Source of the DNA: a virus
Lineage: Duplodnaviria > Caudoviricetes
DNA length: 58,619 nt
Direction: 5' to 3' (one strand)
Virus record (IMG/VR): IMGVR_UViG_3300030202_000422
Span: 1 to 58,619 of that record
The translations under genes were made by a program, and so were the position numbers. The notes under the pieces were generated by a model, which was given only the letters and a program-made list of their open reading frames with translations, was not told where the DNA came from and did no database searches. Of the stretch, positions 34,601 to 44,733 are shown one piece after another (within the stretch, counting starts at the first letter, position 1; every line of letters begins with the position of its first letter).

Positions 34601-37351
34601 ACCACCAGCAAAAGAAGGTGCAGGGGCTAATATGTCTTCTACCAAACGCTCTACTTCAGATTGTGCCGTCTTATCAAAGCGGAATGGAGATATACCAATA
34701 AAGTCAGACAGCCATCTAAGAAACCGTTGCAGTGCGCTGTTTGGTTGACCTTTTGTATTAATCTTAGCGAGTTCTTTTTGAAAGTCGGGATTACTGAACG
34801 TCTCTGCTACAAACTCTCGTATGTTTTCAAGACCGTATGGACTCTTACCAAGTTCCGCTTTTACATCTGTAAATATCTTATCTAGGTCTTTGACCGCTTT
34901 ACTATTGGGCTGGTTTATTATCTTATCTACGGTCGCAGCGTGCGCTGTTTCATGTAACAAAGTATATGTAGTCAAACCGCCATCTTCGTTTAATATGACT
35001 CTGTTAACGCTAGGAGAAAACAAACCGATAGGTGTCTCTCCTTTCTTTCTCTTAGCTAACAACCGTTGCACGTTTTCTGCTTGTCGAGTATCAAGATCTG
35101 CTATTCGTTGTTGCGGATCTATACGTGCTACATCTACCTCTGTGTTACCAACAAACTCAGATAGTTTCTTTGCTATACGCTTAGTCTTTCGATCAACAGA
35201 TCCGTCAGCTACATCCAGAAGTGCCTGTTTTAAGTTACCTGTACGTATTGTATCCACTATGTTTTGTGGTAACGGTGCATCAATATCTGTATTTGCCGTG
35301 ACAGAAACAAAAGTAGGTTCTGATTTATCTAACTCTTGAAGCAGTTCCGTAGGAGTGATGTTAGGATTTTCTTCTAGCAGTTGTTGTTTTAGTGCGAGTC
35401 TCCTACTCCTCTTATCGGCTACGTCTTCTTTTGTTCTAGCCTGTTCTTCTACCGCTTTAACTTTAACCACAGCATCAGTTGGGCCTGTATCTGCTTCTAA
35501 AAACTTAGCTGCAAACCGCGTTATGCCTGCTGGACCTTTCTGTGTCGCTTTTTCAAATTCCTCTGCTAGCTTTGGATCTTCGCTTATTTTTTGAGCCACC
35601 TCTTTGGCTACTTTTGCACGAGGGGGTCTTCCTGTAGGTGTAACAAGTTCTAGCTGTTCTTCTGGAACCCTTTGTAGAAATCTATTGATACTTGCTTTTG
35701 CTTTACCCGAAGTGTTTTTTCTAGCTGCATATTGTTCTAACTGCTGCACCTGATCGTCTTCTCGTAAGTTCTTATCCGCTAGTCTCTTACGGATCGGCGC
35801 ACTAAGTGGTATGTCTAAACTATCTAACACTTCTTCCGTGGCTATTACAGAATCTACGTCTTCTTGAGACTCGGTAGCGATGCGCCTCTCGGCTGCTTCG
35901 GCCTCCTCTAAGTTTGCGCCTTCGGGTTGTTCTGCTCTTGCTAGTTCAGTTGGAAAAAGATCAGCTTGTTCTCTAGTAGCAATCTCTGCACGCTGCTGAC
36001 CTAGCTGTGCTTCATCTGATACAGGTTGCTCTGTAATCTTCCGTTCTCTATCACGTTGGTTGATTCGAGCTAAAGCTTCTTCTCTTGTTAACGCCTGACC
36101 TTCAAAAGGTTTGGGGTCTAATGCATCCTCTAGTGGAGTTACAGCTAGTGTCTCTCCCGGTATGGTCTCGCCCTCTGGTGCAGGTAGTCCTTGTAGCTGC
36201 GGTCCTATTTTTTCTGGTTCTAGTCCCGGTAGAGGTAGTTGATCTGGTGATACAGCCGCTTCTTTTGAAGCGATATACTCCCCTACTGTTAAATCCTCTG
36301 GTCTTTCTCTTGGGCCACTTACCTCTTCAAATAAATCCCCTTGTCTACCGGGTAATGCATCTGCTGGTAATGTAGGTTCAACATCTTCAGCTACTTCTGG
36401 TGGTGGTCTATCGCCAATACGCCGACCTCTTGTAAACAAGTCAACTACACCCTGTACAATAGCGCCTGCTCCTGCACCGTACCCTGCTGCGGGCGCTAAA
36501 CCTTCTGCTAGGTCTTGATCTATATTGTAACCGCGCTCGATAGCGTTTTGAAAAAACTCAGCCGCTACTTCTTGACCGCCCTCTACACCTGCCGTACCAA
36601 CGGCTCTTCTTACTCGATCACCTAATCCCTCTATTGTCTCAGGACCAAACTTATCTACTAATTTATTAAGTGCAGGCAAGTCAGCCATTTTAACAAAACG
36701 TGCAATTGGCACGAGTTCAGTAAATCCAACTAGTGTACCTAGCAATGTAGCTTCGTTTCTTTCTTCTTCTGTAGCACCTTCTTCTCTTGCTCTTTCACTC
36801 GCTTCACCAGCACCTGCTGCACCTGCTAATGTTAAGCCTGTACCTACTGCGGCAATTCCTGCTCCTGCTATAGGGGCTGCACCTACAGCGGCTACTGGTG
36901 CAGCAATTCCTGCTATTGATCCAAGTGCCTGACCTAGACCATAAGATATACTATCTTGATCGCCACCTTCGGGTGTAAGGTCTCCAAAGAAAGATTTAAT
37001 CTTATCTCTAGCAGCTAGTTCTTCCTCTTCTTCTAATAAAGAAGCTAGTCCCAAACTAGCAATTTCACCTGTACCAACAACCCCTGCGCCGAATCCGCTA
37101 GTTAGGTTGCTGAGTATGCCAGACTCTTCTTTTGGAGCAGTATATAGTTGCGCTATGTTTTGTTGGGCTTGCAGATAATCTTGTTCTGCTTTACGTCTAC
37201 GATCTGCAAAACTAGTAGGCGCACTACTAACACTACGGCTTGTTGCCCGTCGAGCATTTAGTATGTCAACAATATCTTGTTTTGTTGCGCCGGGAGGTAC
37301 GTCTACTGTTTCAGAAGTACCATCTCTTAGAAATACAGTTCTAAGAGCCAT
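31619..37351 (-). CDS. Large internal virion/ejection protein with a zincin-like HExxH motif
   Basis: 1910 aa, last late gene; hydrophobic Gly/Ala segments; LLHETAH..EFVAE. Confidence 0.75.
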   Translation of the reverse strand: MALRTVFLRDGTSETVDVPPGATKQDIVDILNARRATSRSVSSAPTSFADRRRKAEQDYLQAQQNIAQLYTAPKEESGILSNLTSGFGAGVVGTGEIASLGLASLLEEEEELAARDKIKSFFGDLTPEGGDQDSISYGLGQALGSIAGIAAPVAAVGAAPIAGAGIAAVGTGLTLAGAAGAGEASERAREEGATEEERNEATLLGTLVGFTELVPIARFVKMADLPALNKLVDKFGPETIEGLGDRVRRAVGTAGVEGGQEVAAEFFQNAIERGYNIDQDLAEGLAPAAGYGAGAGAIVQGVVDLFTRGRRIGDRPPPEVAEDVEPTLPADALPGRQGDLFEEVSGPRERPEDLTVGEYIASKEAAVSPDQLPLPGLEPEKIGPQLQGLPAPEGETIPGETLAVTPLEDALDPKPFEGQALTREEALARINQRDRERKITEQPVSDEAQLGQQRAEIATREQADLFPTELARAEQPEGANLEEAEAAERRIATESQEDVDSVIATEEVLDSLDIPLSAPIRKRLADKNLREDDQVQQLEQYAARKNTSGKAKASINRFLQRVPEEQLELVTPTGRPPRAKVAKEVAQKISEDPKLAEEFEKATQKGPAGITRFAAKFLEADTGPTDAVVKVKAVEEQARTKEDVADKRSRRLALKQQLLEENPNITPTELLQELDKSEPTFVSVTANTDIDAPLPQNIVDTIRTGNLKQALLDVADGSVDRKTKRIAKKLSEFVGNTEVDVARIDPQQRIADLDTRQAENVQRLLAKRKKGETPIGLFSPSVNRVILNEDGGLTTYTLLHETAHAATVDKIINQPNSKAVKDLDKIFTDVKAELGKSPYGLENIREFVAETFSNPDFQKELAKINTKGQPNSALQRFLRWLSDFIGISPFRFDKTAQSEVERLVEDILAPAPSFAGGPKLLSMTTKDDVAAIGRNLKREKPKLSEKAGREKIVRDFKAGFLGRQTPAGKKVESVGLGLLPNQAIQDIAESTGIADAKKLMAAIEKQRGRLTEAEKETRQILDPMFRWADKASQKANEALDTLVYESTINEVDPALNPQQAQNKYKNQTIEGKEKTLKIEVYKKLRKIYTSQEFGEGGRKTYDNLRKFYKDRYNDLLGALRGRIDGLDIEDGAKNNLKNELLARMLENTSIEPYFPLTRSGSYWLAVRDPKGDKDKPAVFAYQTAGDRVQAMEDYANQGLKVEPWDNSDSKSYENAPSGSFIAQLFNTLNIQGVDSKTREQVARLFIEELPESSFAKALVRRKKTEGYDVGALQAARTKAYDLTRQTERIKNSAEISKTMREIDEKLAGTPAATSAVADELRNRAGFAIQPAKDEWAKRANRMAFFWTIGFNTSSALVNLSQIPLFAYPMLAGKFGFGKAGTAIKDATKLFAGTPTNRASKTLFGDDASPTSMKEAFAKSGLKNKFEAIQDSGASLMSLDNYYTFTRDSNTGDLVYSVRKDLDLPAETKAELNRLRPLMQLASRRGHLNSSFIADTLSVDSSGRELSKGDMATGASALMFHQAEMMNRQVALVASYNLALDKITNNKSQNATAEQRQQAAEEAVYETQQINGGATLETGPRFARAGALRVALMYKNYGIQMYYTMGKTAMQFLDVLRKQGVSKAVTSEAAKQLAATHLSALFFAGVQGLPLYGVVSMLYDALFAEEYEEDTDTLVRRYLDNDALFKGALSEITGLDVSERVKLTDLLVEADRFNSNPSTEETFFHLFGGPAWSIFSRMVDGAKKISDGELERGLEDMMPGAVRNAYQAVIRYPRDEGILTRRGDVIYDDITGGDIFAKLLGFPPNEYTNEQAEVSAAKGMESAARNRRADLLKKYYLAKRFGDREGAQKAARQMIEFNETRAAQIDPKLLITPETIERSMKAHERTTNVRMHNGVTLSPYFQRAVKEEGFF

Positions 37352-37352
37352 A

Positions 37353-38936
37353 TCACCTTAGACCCAATATATCTTCTTGTTCTAATCGATTAGCCCTGCG
37401 TTCTTTGATATCGGCTAGTGTTTGACCATAACTATCGCGTATAGCTTGCAGTCCTTCTTTTTCTAATAATGCTTCAACTGCATTTGATACTTCTGCTCTC
37501 AATTTAGCTAATTTTTGTGCGTCTTCTGCGGAAATAGTTCCTAGCTCTTCTTTAAGTACAAGAGCTGCTATAGCTGGTTTACTTTCTTCTATTTGTTTAA
37601 GCCTCATAGAGATTTCTTTTATTTGTACTAGCCCCTCTGCCGCAATAGATTTATCTGCTCTATCATCGGCTCGTAACTGATTAAAATTATCGACAAGTAA
37701 TCGCAATTTAGTTAATTCATTTCTAACTTTAGCATCTTCAGATCGCTGTATTCTGTCTGCATAAGCATTAATAGATCTTATATCGGCTTCTGTTGCACCA
37801 GCTAGGTTCTGTCTAGCAGCCCTTCTATCTGCACGTTCTAACTGTAATACAGCAAGACCTTTATCTTCTGCTCCTTGAACCATACCTAAATCAAAGTCAC
37901 TGAGTGATTTAAGTCTGTCTGCTTTTGTTTTAGCAGCAGCTTTTATTTCTCTGTCTTGCGCTGTTTCTTCTTCTAATAATGCTCGTCCACCACCACGTAG
38001 TATGCTACCTATACCACCTGTGCCAATGTTACTGAAGAAAGCAAGTTGCCTTCTGCGTCTCAGTTTGTCTGGATCTAATAAACCTTCTAACCTATCAGAT
38101 TCTTCTTTAAATCCAGTTTGTAGCTCTTGTTTCTTACCCGTTGCATCTATGCTTTTTAAGTATCGCTCAATCTCTGCCTGCCTTTTTTGCCCTATTTGAT
38201 CTCCGGTCATACGGCTTTCAGCTTCGAGCGAGTCAACAAGTCCTTCAGGAGCTACGTCTTTAAAAGTTAAAGCATTAGCTTTTGCGATGTCTAAAATACC
38301 TTGACTGTCTGCATCTCCATCATCCGTAGATGATTCTTCTTCAGTAGATGTAAATCCACTTGCATCTATAGGTCGTCCAATAAGTTTATCTACTCTTTGC
38401 CCAGTTTGTTGCGCTATTGCTCCTTTACCTATATCTGGCAGTCGAGACTTTGCGTAATCGGTTAATTCTACTTGAGGTTCAGTACGTAACTTACTTTTTG
38501 CTGCCGCTATTCTTCCAGCAATTACTTTTCTAGGTAAATATTCTTCGAGCGGATTCTCTTTTATATATTCATCTATTTCTTCATCGGTTACACCGCCTTC
38601 GCTTTGATATCCAACAATACCGCCCTGTGCTGCCATCTGTGGCTGTCTCTGCGCCATCTGTGGCATTTGGCTCATAATGCCTGATGCTTCTTGCATCTTG
38701 CCCTGCATGACTTGGTTTTCTAGCTGTTGTTTTACAGTGCCGGGAGTTTGTTGCTGACTCATAGCAAGATCACGTTGTGCAGCATCCATATCAGTTTTTA
38801 CTTTTTGCAGTGCGAGTAGGTATACAAGTTCTTTAGTTACTTTGTATCGCTTCTGTAGTTCTTGAGGCGAATACGCCGCAGCCAAATCGTCTACATTAGT
38901 GCCAAACTCGCTAGGTGCTGTAGGTGTCATCATCAT
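37353..38936 (-). CDS. Putative internal virion/ejection protein
   Basis: 527 aa helical; MAAQGGIVGYQSEGG. Confidence 0.65.
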   Translation of the reverse strand: MMMTPTAPSEFGTNVDDLAAAYSPQELQKRYKVTKELVYLLALQKVKTDMDAAQRDLAMSQQQTPGTVKQQLENQVMQGKMQEASGIMSQMPQMAQRQPQMAAQGGIVGYQSEGGVTDEEIDEYIKENPLEEYLPRKVIAGRIAAAKSKLRTEPQVELTDYAKSRLPDIGKGAIAQQTGQRVDKLIGRPIDASGFTSTEEESSTDDGDADSQGILDIAKANALTFKDVAPEGLVDSLEAESRMTGDQIGQKRQAEIERYLKSIDATGKKQELQTGFKEESDRLEGLLDPDKLRRRRQLAFFSNIGTGGIGSILRGGGRALLEEETAQDREIKAAAKTKADRLKSLSDFDLGMVQGAEDKGLAVLQLERADRRAARQNLAGATEADIRSINAYADRIQRSEDAKVRNELTKLRLLVDNFNQLRADDRADKSIAAEGLVQIKEISMRLKQIEESKPAIAALVLKEELGTISAEDAQKLAKLRAEVSNAVEALLEKEGLQAIRDSYGQTLADIKERRANRLEQEDILGLR

Positions 38937-38938
38937 AA

Positions 38939-39850
38939 CTAATTTGTCTCCGAAGCAGTTTCTTCTTTCGTTTCTTCTTTCTTGCCTCCATAAAGCTCAG
39001 CTAATTTAGCTAAAATGCCGGGTAGCCCCCCACCAGATAATATATTCGATAAATCACTTGGCTCTGCATACGAGTAAGACTGTGTAGCCAGCGGTAAACC
39101 ACTAAGCAATGACTGCATATACGTAGCTTGGCGGTATGGGAAGTCTCTTTCTTCTTCAAACTGAGCTTTATCTGCCGCTATGCCTTCTGCTTCTACACCT
39201 CTTTGGACTTGGCCTGCACCAAGTTGAGCACCTAGCACATCAAGGCCATATCGATTAGCCATTTCTTGCGCTGCTCTTCCTCTATCTTGCTCTACATTAA
39301 ACTGCTTTCTAGCTGACTCAAATGCTGACGCATAACCTTTACCCGTTATATCAGCGAGGTTTCTGTTTAATCTGTCATCTCGCTCTAAATCTGCAAGAGC
39401 CTGACGAGAACCACCAAAAGCACCAGCCCTAGTAAATCTACCTGCTTCTGCTTGCCTGCTTATTTCTGCCTGCCTACGCGCTTCTTCTAGTTGTGGTTGT
39501 AATACAGCAGATAGATAAGGATTCATATATTGGTTGGCTACGCTACCCCCTGCGATAGGTACATCTCCAGTGGCGGTTGGAGCACCAGTAGCAGCGAACG
39601 TACCGGGAGTAAACGCCCCCATAGCAGACGCACCCGAAGTATCAGTGGGTAGTGCCAGCCCTGCTAACCCCGTAAATGCTGTGTCTTGTAAACCAGACGT
39701 ACCAGCGGTGAGCGGTCCCATATAAGCTTCGTATGGTTGAGAAGCAACTGCCTGACCTCTACCAAGCATTTCAGTAACATACGGCCCTGCATAAGTAGAA
39801 AGGGCTGATTCAGTACCAGTTTGCTTCCCTGTAATATCTTCTGTAGTCAT
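38939..39850 (-). CDS. Putative DNA pilot/ejection protein
   Basis: QYMNPY..AGAFGGSRQAL motif typical of podovirus pilot proteins. Confidence 0.7.
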   Translation of the reverse strand: MTTEDITGKQTGTESALSTYAGPYVTEMLGRGQAVASQPYEAYMGPLTAGTSGLQDTAFTGLAGLALPTDTSGASAMGAFTPGTFAATGAPTATGDVPIAGGSVANQYMNPYLSAVLQPQLEEARRQAEISRQAEAGRFTRAGAFGGSRQALADLERDDRLNRNLADITGKGYASAFESARKQFNVEQDRGRAAQEMANRYGLDVLGAQLGAGQVQRGVEAEGIAADKAQFEEERDFPYRQATYMQSLLSGLPLATQSYSYAEPSDLSNILSGGGLPGILAKLAELYGGKKEETKEETASETN

Positions 39851-40740
39851 GCCATACCTCTTACAAAATCTCTAGGGTCTACTTCTTTGCCCTGCTTTGC
39901 GTTACCTGTCCTTTCTTGTCTTATGTCATTCATAAATTTATGCAGAAACGCAGCCCCTGCATTCGAGTTGCCATTGCCTAAGTGCGACACCACATCAGCA
40001 GGTATAACGAACTCTCCATCACTCAAACGAACTTCATCCCTACCTACATTGGCTGGTACTTCATCTGCCATACCATCAGTAGCTCCGTTTAAATATCTAC
40101 CACCTGCCATAAACCCATATCTTTCTAACGCATCATCAACTTGTGAGGGTTTCTCACCTTTCATAATTACTTGCGGCATACCTATTCTATCGGTGCTTCC
40201 GCGTGGTTTTTCGACATAGTTAGGATTTTCCATACCAACCCTTGGTCCCGGTCCACCATAACCCGTGCCTGCTGTAGTACCTGTTGTTTTTTTCTTTTTA
40301 GTTTGTGCGGGGGGTGGATCGTATGTGGGGTTCAAACCCGCAAGTCCTTGAGCTTGTGCGTCTGCGGCAGCTTTTGCTTCTTCCGCCGTCATGGGTGTTG
40401 TTTCTGGTTTTTGTGCAAATATTGTATCAGTGAAGTATCGTCTACCACCTGCACCGGGGCGACGATTGGGGTCTTGTTCCATCGGCACACGTTGCCTTAC
40501 TGCTTGATACTCAGGTATGCCACCTTGGTAGCCCACTACAGGAATATTTTGATCGTCTAAACCCGATTTATTAGCTAAATACGCAAGTCCCATACCTAGT
40601 AGAGGGCCAGCGTTACCTTGAAGATACTCAGGTAAATCTCCAGTAAAAAATCCTAAAGCATCTCCTAATGCCTCACCAACATCAAACTCACCCGCTTTAT
40701 CGCCTGTAGTGTAATCTATTAATTCACTCCACCAACTCAT
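39847..40740 (-). CDS. Putative internal virion protein
   Basis: FMAGGRYLNGATDGMADEVPA..LSDGEFVIPADVVS.LGNG. Confidence 0.7.
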   Translation of the reverse strand: MSWWSELIDYTTGDKAGEFDVGEALGDALGFFTGDLPEYLQGNAGPLLGMGLAYLANKSGLDDQNIPVVGYQGGIPEYQAVRQRVPMEQDPNRRPGAGGRRYFTDTIFAQKPETTPMTAEEAKAAADAQAQGLAGLNPTYDPPPAQTKKKKTTGTTAGTGYGGPGPRVGMENPNYVEKPRGSTDRIGMPQVIMKGEKPSQVDDALERYGFMAGGRYLNGATDGMADEVPANVGRDEVRLSDGEFVIPADVVSHLGNGNSNAGAAFLHKFMNDIRQERTGNAKQGKEVDPRDFVRGMA

Positions 40741-43700
40741 CTTTTATTCCTCAGTATTCGTAAAAGATCATCCACAGTGCCTACCTCTTTATGATCAAAT
40801 ATATTATCAGTATTTTGTCTAACAACACCACCTTGTTTGAAGCCCATTGGTCTCATTTGTTGCGGTGGCGCACCTAAAGAAGGTAAGCCGAATGGGGTGC
40901 TATACTCCTCTATAGGCACGTATCTACCGCTTATATCGTAAATACGTTTAATATCTGCTAGAGGGGCAGCTTTAACTTGCACCTGTCTGGGTTGTAGAGC
41001 CTGTAATAACTGCTGACTACCGAAGTCAAATCCTCTGCCCGTACCATCACCTGTTCCATCACCTGTCCCATCACCTGTCCCATCACCCGTTCCAGACCCT
41101 GTACCGTCACCTGTTCCCGTTCCTGTACCTGTTCCCGTTCCTGCACCTGTCCCTGTCCCTGTACCACCACCCGTGCCACCGGGATCGCCTTCATCACCAG
41201 CCCCTGCACCGGGTGTACCAGAAGCACCTGTGCCTGACCCTGTAGCATCTGCATCACCTGCTCCTGTGCCTGTAACATCTGCATCACCTGCACCTGTACC
41301 GTCTTTCGAACCAGTGGTTCCTGTACCTGCCCCATCAGTACCTGCACCTGCCTTATCCTCATCCGCTGCGGTATCACTCGCACCTAAATCATCTCCTGCA
41401 CCAACTCCACCTGTAGTTGTTTCGGTAGGTGTTGTAGTTGCACCAGCCGTGCCTGTTGATGTATCGGCTGTAGTTGTGGTGTCTGTTCCGGCAGTAGTTG
41501 TGGTGGTTGTGCCTGTATCCGTAGTTGTGGTAGTTCCTACCTCCTCCCCAGTTTCTGTAGTACCCGCAGCTTCTTTTTGTTTATCTTCTTCGTCTGTAGG
41601 CAGCCCCACGTTTACAGTATCGGTTTGATCTGCACCCGTATCATCAGAAAATTCTTGTATTGTTTTACCTGTACCCGTGCCATCTGGGTTTAATACCTCC
41701 CATTCTCCCTCGCCACTAGCTGCTGCTGTACTTGTCGTGCCTGCTATTGTACCCGTTACGGTGTTTTGCCAAGCACCATTGGCAAGTTGGACCCATTGAC
41801 CTACGGTATTGGCATTTTCCCCTGTTGCAACCGTCATACCAGAAGTGTAATCGGGTGCTGACGCTGCTTTTGATGCCGCCGCTGCCGCTTCGTTATCTGC
41901 TACGGTCCATACTCCAAACGCCTCATCAGGCGGTAGAGTAGTTTCAGCGTATTTTTCATACTCTTTTAAAAGCGCATCTTTTAACTCAGGGTCGGCTTCT
42001 TGTAGGTAGGCTTCATAAAGCTGCCTTGCAATTACATTTGGATCAAAACTACCACTACCTTTGTAAGGTTTTTGATCGTCAGGAATTATTTCGTCTGGTG
42101 GTGTGGTTGTGTCAGCAGCCCCCGCTTCTCCTGTTTCCGCAGCCGTTGTTGTGCCTGTCTCGGCATCAGCCCCCTTATCACCACCTTCTCCATCACCAGC
42201 ACCCTCACCAGTGCTATCTCCACCGCCGCCCCCATCGTCATCTGTTTCTGTCGTTTTTGTCGTTTCGGTCTCTTTCGGTTGTTCTGGAAAGTTTGGGTCT
42301 ATGTCTAATGGTGGATCTTCCGGTTTTTCAAACGGCTCAACTTCACTAGTAACTTCTATAGGCGTATCTTCTTGTACGTTGGCTGCTACAGCAGTTTCTG
42401 TTAGTTTTTCTGCTGTTTCTGCTGGTTCTGTGGCTGTGAACTCAGTGTCATACCCAACCTCTCCAGCACCAGATACAACATCAGAATAACCGTCTTTTAT
42501 ATCTGATATGGCTTCATTCTTTTGGTTTTCTCTTTCTTCTGCCGCTGCTTTTGATTCAGCCTGTGCGTCTGCTATTTTTTGTTTAACTTCTGCCTCTGCG
42601 TCTCTTTTGGCTTGGGCTACATCATTTTTACGTTGATCATCTGCTTCTTTTCTTGCTAGTGCTTCTGCTTTCTTAGCATTTTCAAGATCAACTTTTGCTG
42701 CATCTGCAATCTGTTTAGCTTTAGTAAGTCTATTTTGTTTTTCTATTTTTGCTTTATCAATTCTTTTTTGTATTGACCTACCTCTACCCGTCTTTCTTTG
42801 AAATCTAGGTATACGGCGTAACTGTGCTTCGTTAGCGGCTATAGTTCTATCAAGATCCTCCATACCCACACCGGCAAGGTAATCTGAGTATGACTGCGTT
42901 GATACTTTAACCGCTTCTTCAGCGGTTTGTGTTTCTTCTGTAGCAGCTATAACATCTTCATTCTCATCTACCGTAGCAACCGCATCGACAGCAGTTTCAA
43001 CAATCGCAGTAGCATCTATTGTATCTGCTGGGTCTTCCTCTTCAGCCGCATCCGTTTCGGCAGTAGTACCAGAAGTTATGTTGTATATAACGCCGGGGTT
43101 CCAAGCACCGTCTGATCCTGCACCGGGGCCACTGTAGACCACCCCACTGGGCAACCCGTTAGCACCTGTGGCTGATGCCAACGTTGCATCTATTGCAGCA
43201 TTTAATTCTTGGTCTTTATATTGCTGTGCATAGTTTATACCCTTCGCAGTGGCTGCTAAAGACCCTGCAAAATCGAGCGTTCCCGGTGGTATAGGTAATC
43301 CTATTTGGTTAAAAGCTGAAGTTACAGCTCCGTTTACAAGGTCTTTTGCACCTGCAAAAGTTTGAGCTACGTTACCTAAACCAGAGCCTATTTTAAGAGC
43401 TATATCTTTAGCTACGTAACTTATTTTTTGTGCTGTGCTTAAACCCGATAACATTCCACTAGCTGCGGTTTCAGCAGCATATTTAACAAGCCAAGTACCT
43501 CCAACTGCGATTGCAGCGAATGCTGCAAAATAAGGTGCTACCTCTTTGAACCCCTCAAAAAAACTTTTTGACTCTGATATTTTAGGTCTGTGGTAAGAAC
43601 CGTACTGACCCACTTCACCCATCTGCGTGTAATAGCCCTGATCGCTATTCATATGTAGGGTATTTTGCAACCTACCGCCGTCTCGTTGTTCTTGGTAATA

Positions 43701-44216
43701 GGTGGGCGTTAGACCTACATTTAGCTCTAATTTTATCCCGTCAGGCGTAGTAACAGACGTAGGTATCTTGTTGTCTTTTATATAGGTTTTTATTTTTTTA
43801 TTGTGATCCTGCAACGCTTTCGAGTACGCAGCAAAATTTGTGTATATAGGACCGGGAGTTTTTCTAAGATTAGCGGATCTTATTCTATCTGCTTCGCTTG
43901 TTGATGATGAACCCGCTTCGCTCCCCATACCTACACCGACTTTTATAGGATCCCACTTAGGCTGCATGGCAGAAAAGGTTTTTAACTGCGTAAGCTGATC
44001 ATTAGATAACGATGTATTGTTATTGCTGTCAGTAACAGCATTTTGTTTTTGCCAATCTTCTAGGCTGACATTGCCATAGCCGACATAACCACCGCCTTCT
44101 GACTCGGTGTATTCATCAGATATGTTAGCTGTAATACCTTCAAGAGCCGCTTTACCTTCATCGCTATCAAAATACTCTTCTAGCTGCTTCTGTATTTGTT
44201 CTTGGGTGAGAGCCAC
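40737..44216 (-). CDS. Long low-complexity putative ejection protein (TM segment, coiled coil, Gly-Thr-Asp repeats)
   Basis: 1159 aa; YFAAFAAIAVGGTWLV; (GTGD/GTGT)n; C-terminal FKQGGVV. Confidence 0.7.
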   Translation of the reverse strand: MALTQEQIQKQLEEYFDSDEGKAALEGITANISDEYTESEGGGYVGYGNVSLEDWQKQNAVTDSNNNTSLSNDQLTQLKTFSAMQPKWDPIKVGVGMGSEAGSSSTSEADRIRSANLRKTPGPIYTNFAAYSKALQDHNKKIKTYIKDNKIPTSVTTPDGIKLELNVGLTPTYYQEQRDGGRLQNTLHMNSDQGYYTQMGEVGQYGSYHRPKISESKSFFEGFKEVAPYFAAFAAIAVGGTWLVKYAAETAASGMLSGLSTAQKISYVAKDIALKIGSGLGNVAQTFAGAKDLVNGAVTSAFNQIGLPIPPGTLDFAGSLAATAKGINYAQQYKDQELNAAIDATLASATGANGLPSGVVYSGPGAGSDGAWNPGVIYNITSGTTAETDAAEEEDPADTIDATAIVETAVDAVATVDENEDVIAATEETQTAEEAVKVSTQSYSDYLAGVGMEDLDRTIAANEAQLRRIPRFQRKTGRGRSIQKRIDKAKIEKQNRLTKAKQIADAAKVDLENAKKAEALARKEADDQRKNDVAQAKRDAEAEVKQKIADAQAESKAAAEERENQKNEAISDIKDGYSDVVSGAGEVGYDTEFTATEPAETAEKLTETAVAANVQEDTPIEVTSEVEPFEKPEDPPLDIDPNFPEQPKETETTKTTETDDDGGGGGDSTGEGAGDGEGGDKGADAETGTTTAAETGEAGAADTTTPPDEIIPDDQKPYKGSGSFDPNVIARQLYEAYLQEADPELKDALLKEYEKYAETTLPPDEAFGVWTVADNEAAAAASKAASAPDYTSGMTVATGENANTVGQWVQLANGAWQNTVTGTIAGTTSTAAASGEGEWEVLNPDGTGTGKTIQEFSDDTGADQTDTVNVGLPTDEEDKQKEAAGTTETGEEVGTTTTTDTGTTTTTTAGTDTTTTADTSTGTAGATTTPTETTTGGVGAGDDLGASDTAADEDKAGAGTDGAGTGTTGSKDGTGAGDADVTGTGAGDADATGSGTGASGTPGAGAGDEGDPGGTGGGTGTGTGAGTGTGTGTGTGDGTGSGTGDGTGDGTGDGTGDGTGRGFDFGSQQLLQALQPRQVQVKAAPLADIKRIYDISGRYVPIEEYSTPFGLPSLGAPPQQMRPMGFKQGGVVRQNTDNIFDHKEVGTVDDLLRILRNKR
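41037..41350. repeat. Coding 6/12-bp tandem repeats (Gly-Thr/Gly-Asp) and a 30-bp duplication
   Basis: ccatcacctgt(c/t) arrays; catctgcatcacctgc repeated. Confidence 0.8.
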
Positions 44217-44539
44217 TACGTCACCTCTAAGATACTAGCGACAACGTGTAACCTGTTAGCTGTAGCTGCTGTAACCTTTAATATCTCAGACTCCTGCACT
44301 ACCAACGGTGCTGTAAGCAGTTCTACCGTAGTGTTAGCGCCCACTGCCTTGACCTTAAACAAACTAAATACTGCCGAAGCAGAATCGGTAATCGTTACAG
44401 TGATTGTATCTGCGTTACCTGAGTCTTCTGATACGAGTATAGATTTAACAATAGCAGTGGTGGCTGTCGCACAGGTATAAAGCGTAGTAGCAGTCGTAGC
44501 TGTTAGATCTTTTTTAGCGTTGATGTAAGTATTAGCCAT
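44216..44539 (-). CDS. Small virion structural protein
   Basis: 107 aa beta-rich, MANTYINAK..LHVVASILEVT. Confidence 0.7.
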   Translation of the reverse strand: MANTYINAKKDLTATTATTLYTCATATTAIVKSILVSEDSGNADTITVTITDSASAVFSLFKVKAVGANTTVELLTAPLVVQESEILKVTAATANRLHVVASILEVT

Positions 44540-44733
44540 CAGCTAAGAAACCAAGCAGTAGCCTGTGCAGTGGGTGACACAGACGCATCACGAATACCTT
44601 TATCAAGCTGGTTAAAATAGATACGCAGGGCGTTGTTTATTTGGTTGAACGAACTCTCGTCATACTCTCTTGGTGGGTCTGGTAGAACGGGTGCTCTAAA
44701 CTCTATGTCATAACTTGTTTTATCTACTGCCAC
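44539..44733 (-). CDS. Small tail-associated protein
   Basis: LPDPPREYD..NALRIYFNQLD, coupled. Confidence 0.7.
   Translation of the reverse strand: MAVDKTSYDIEFRAPVLPDPPREYDESSFNQINNALRIYFNQLDKGIRDASVSPTAQATAWFLS

Noticed and set aside
40958-42489. Several alternative-frame and antisense ORFs
   Set aside because: Explained by the low-complexity repeats of 40737..44216
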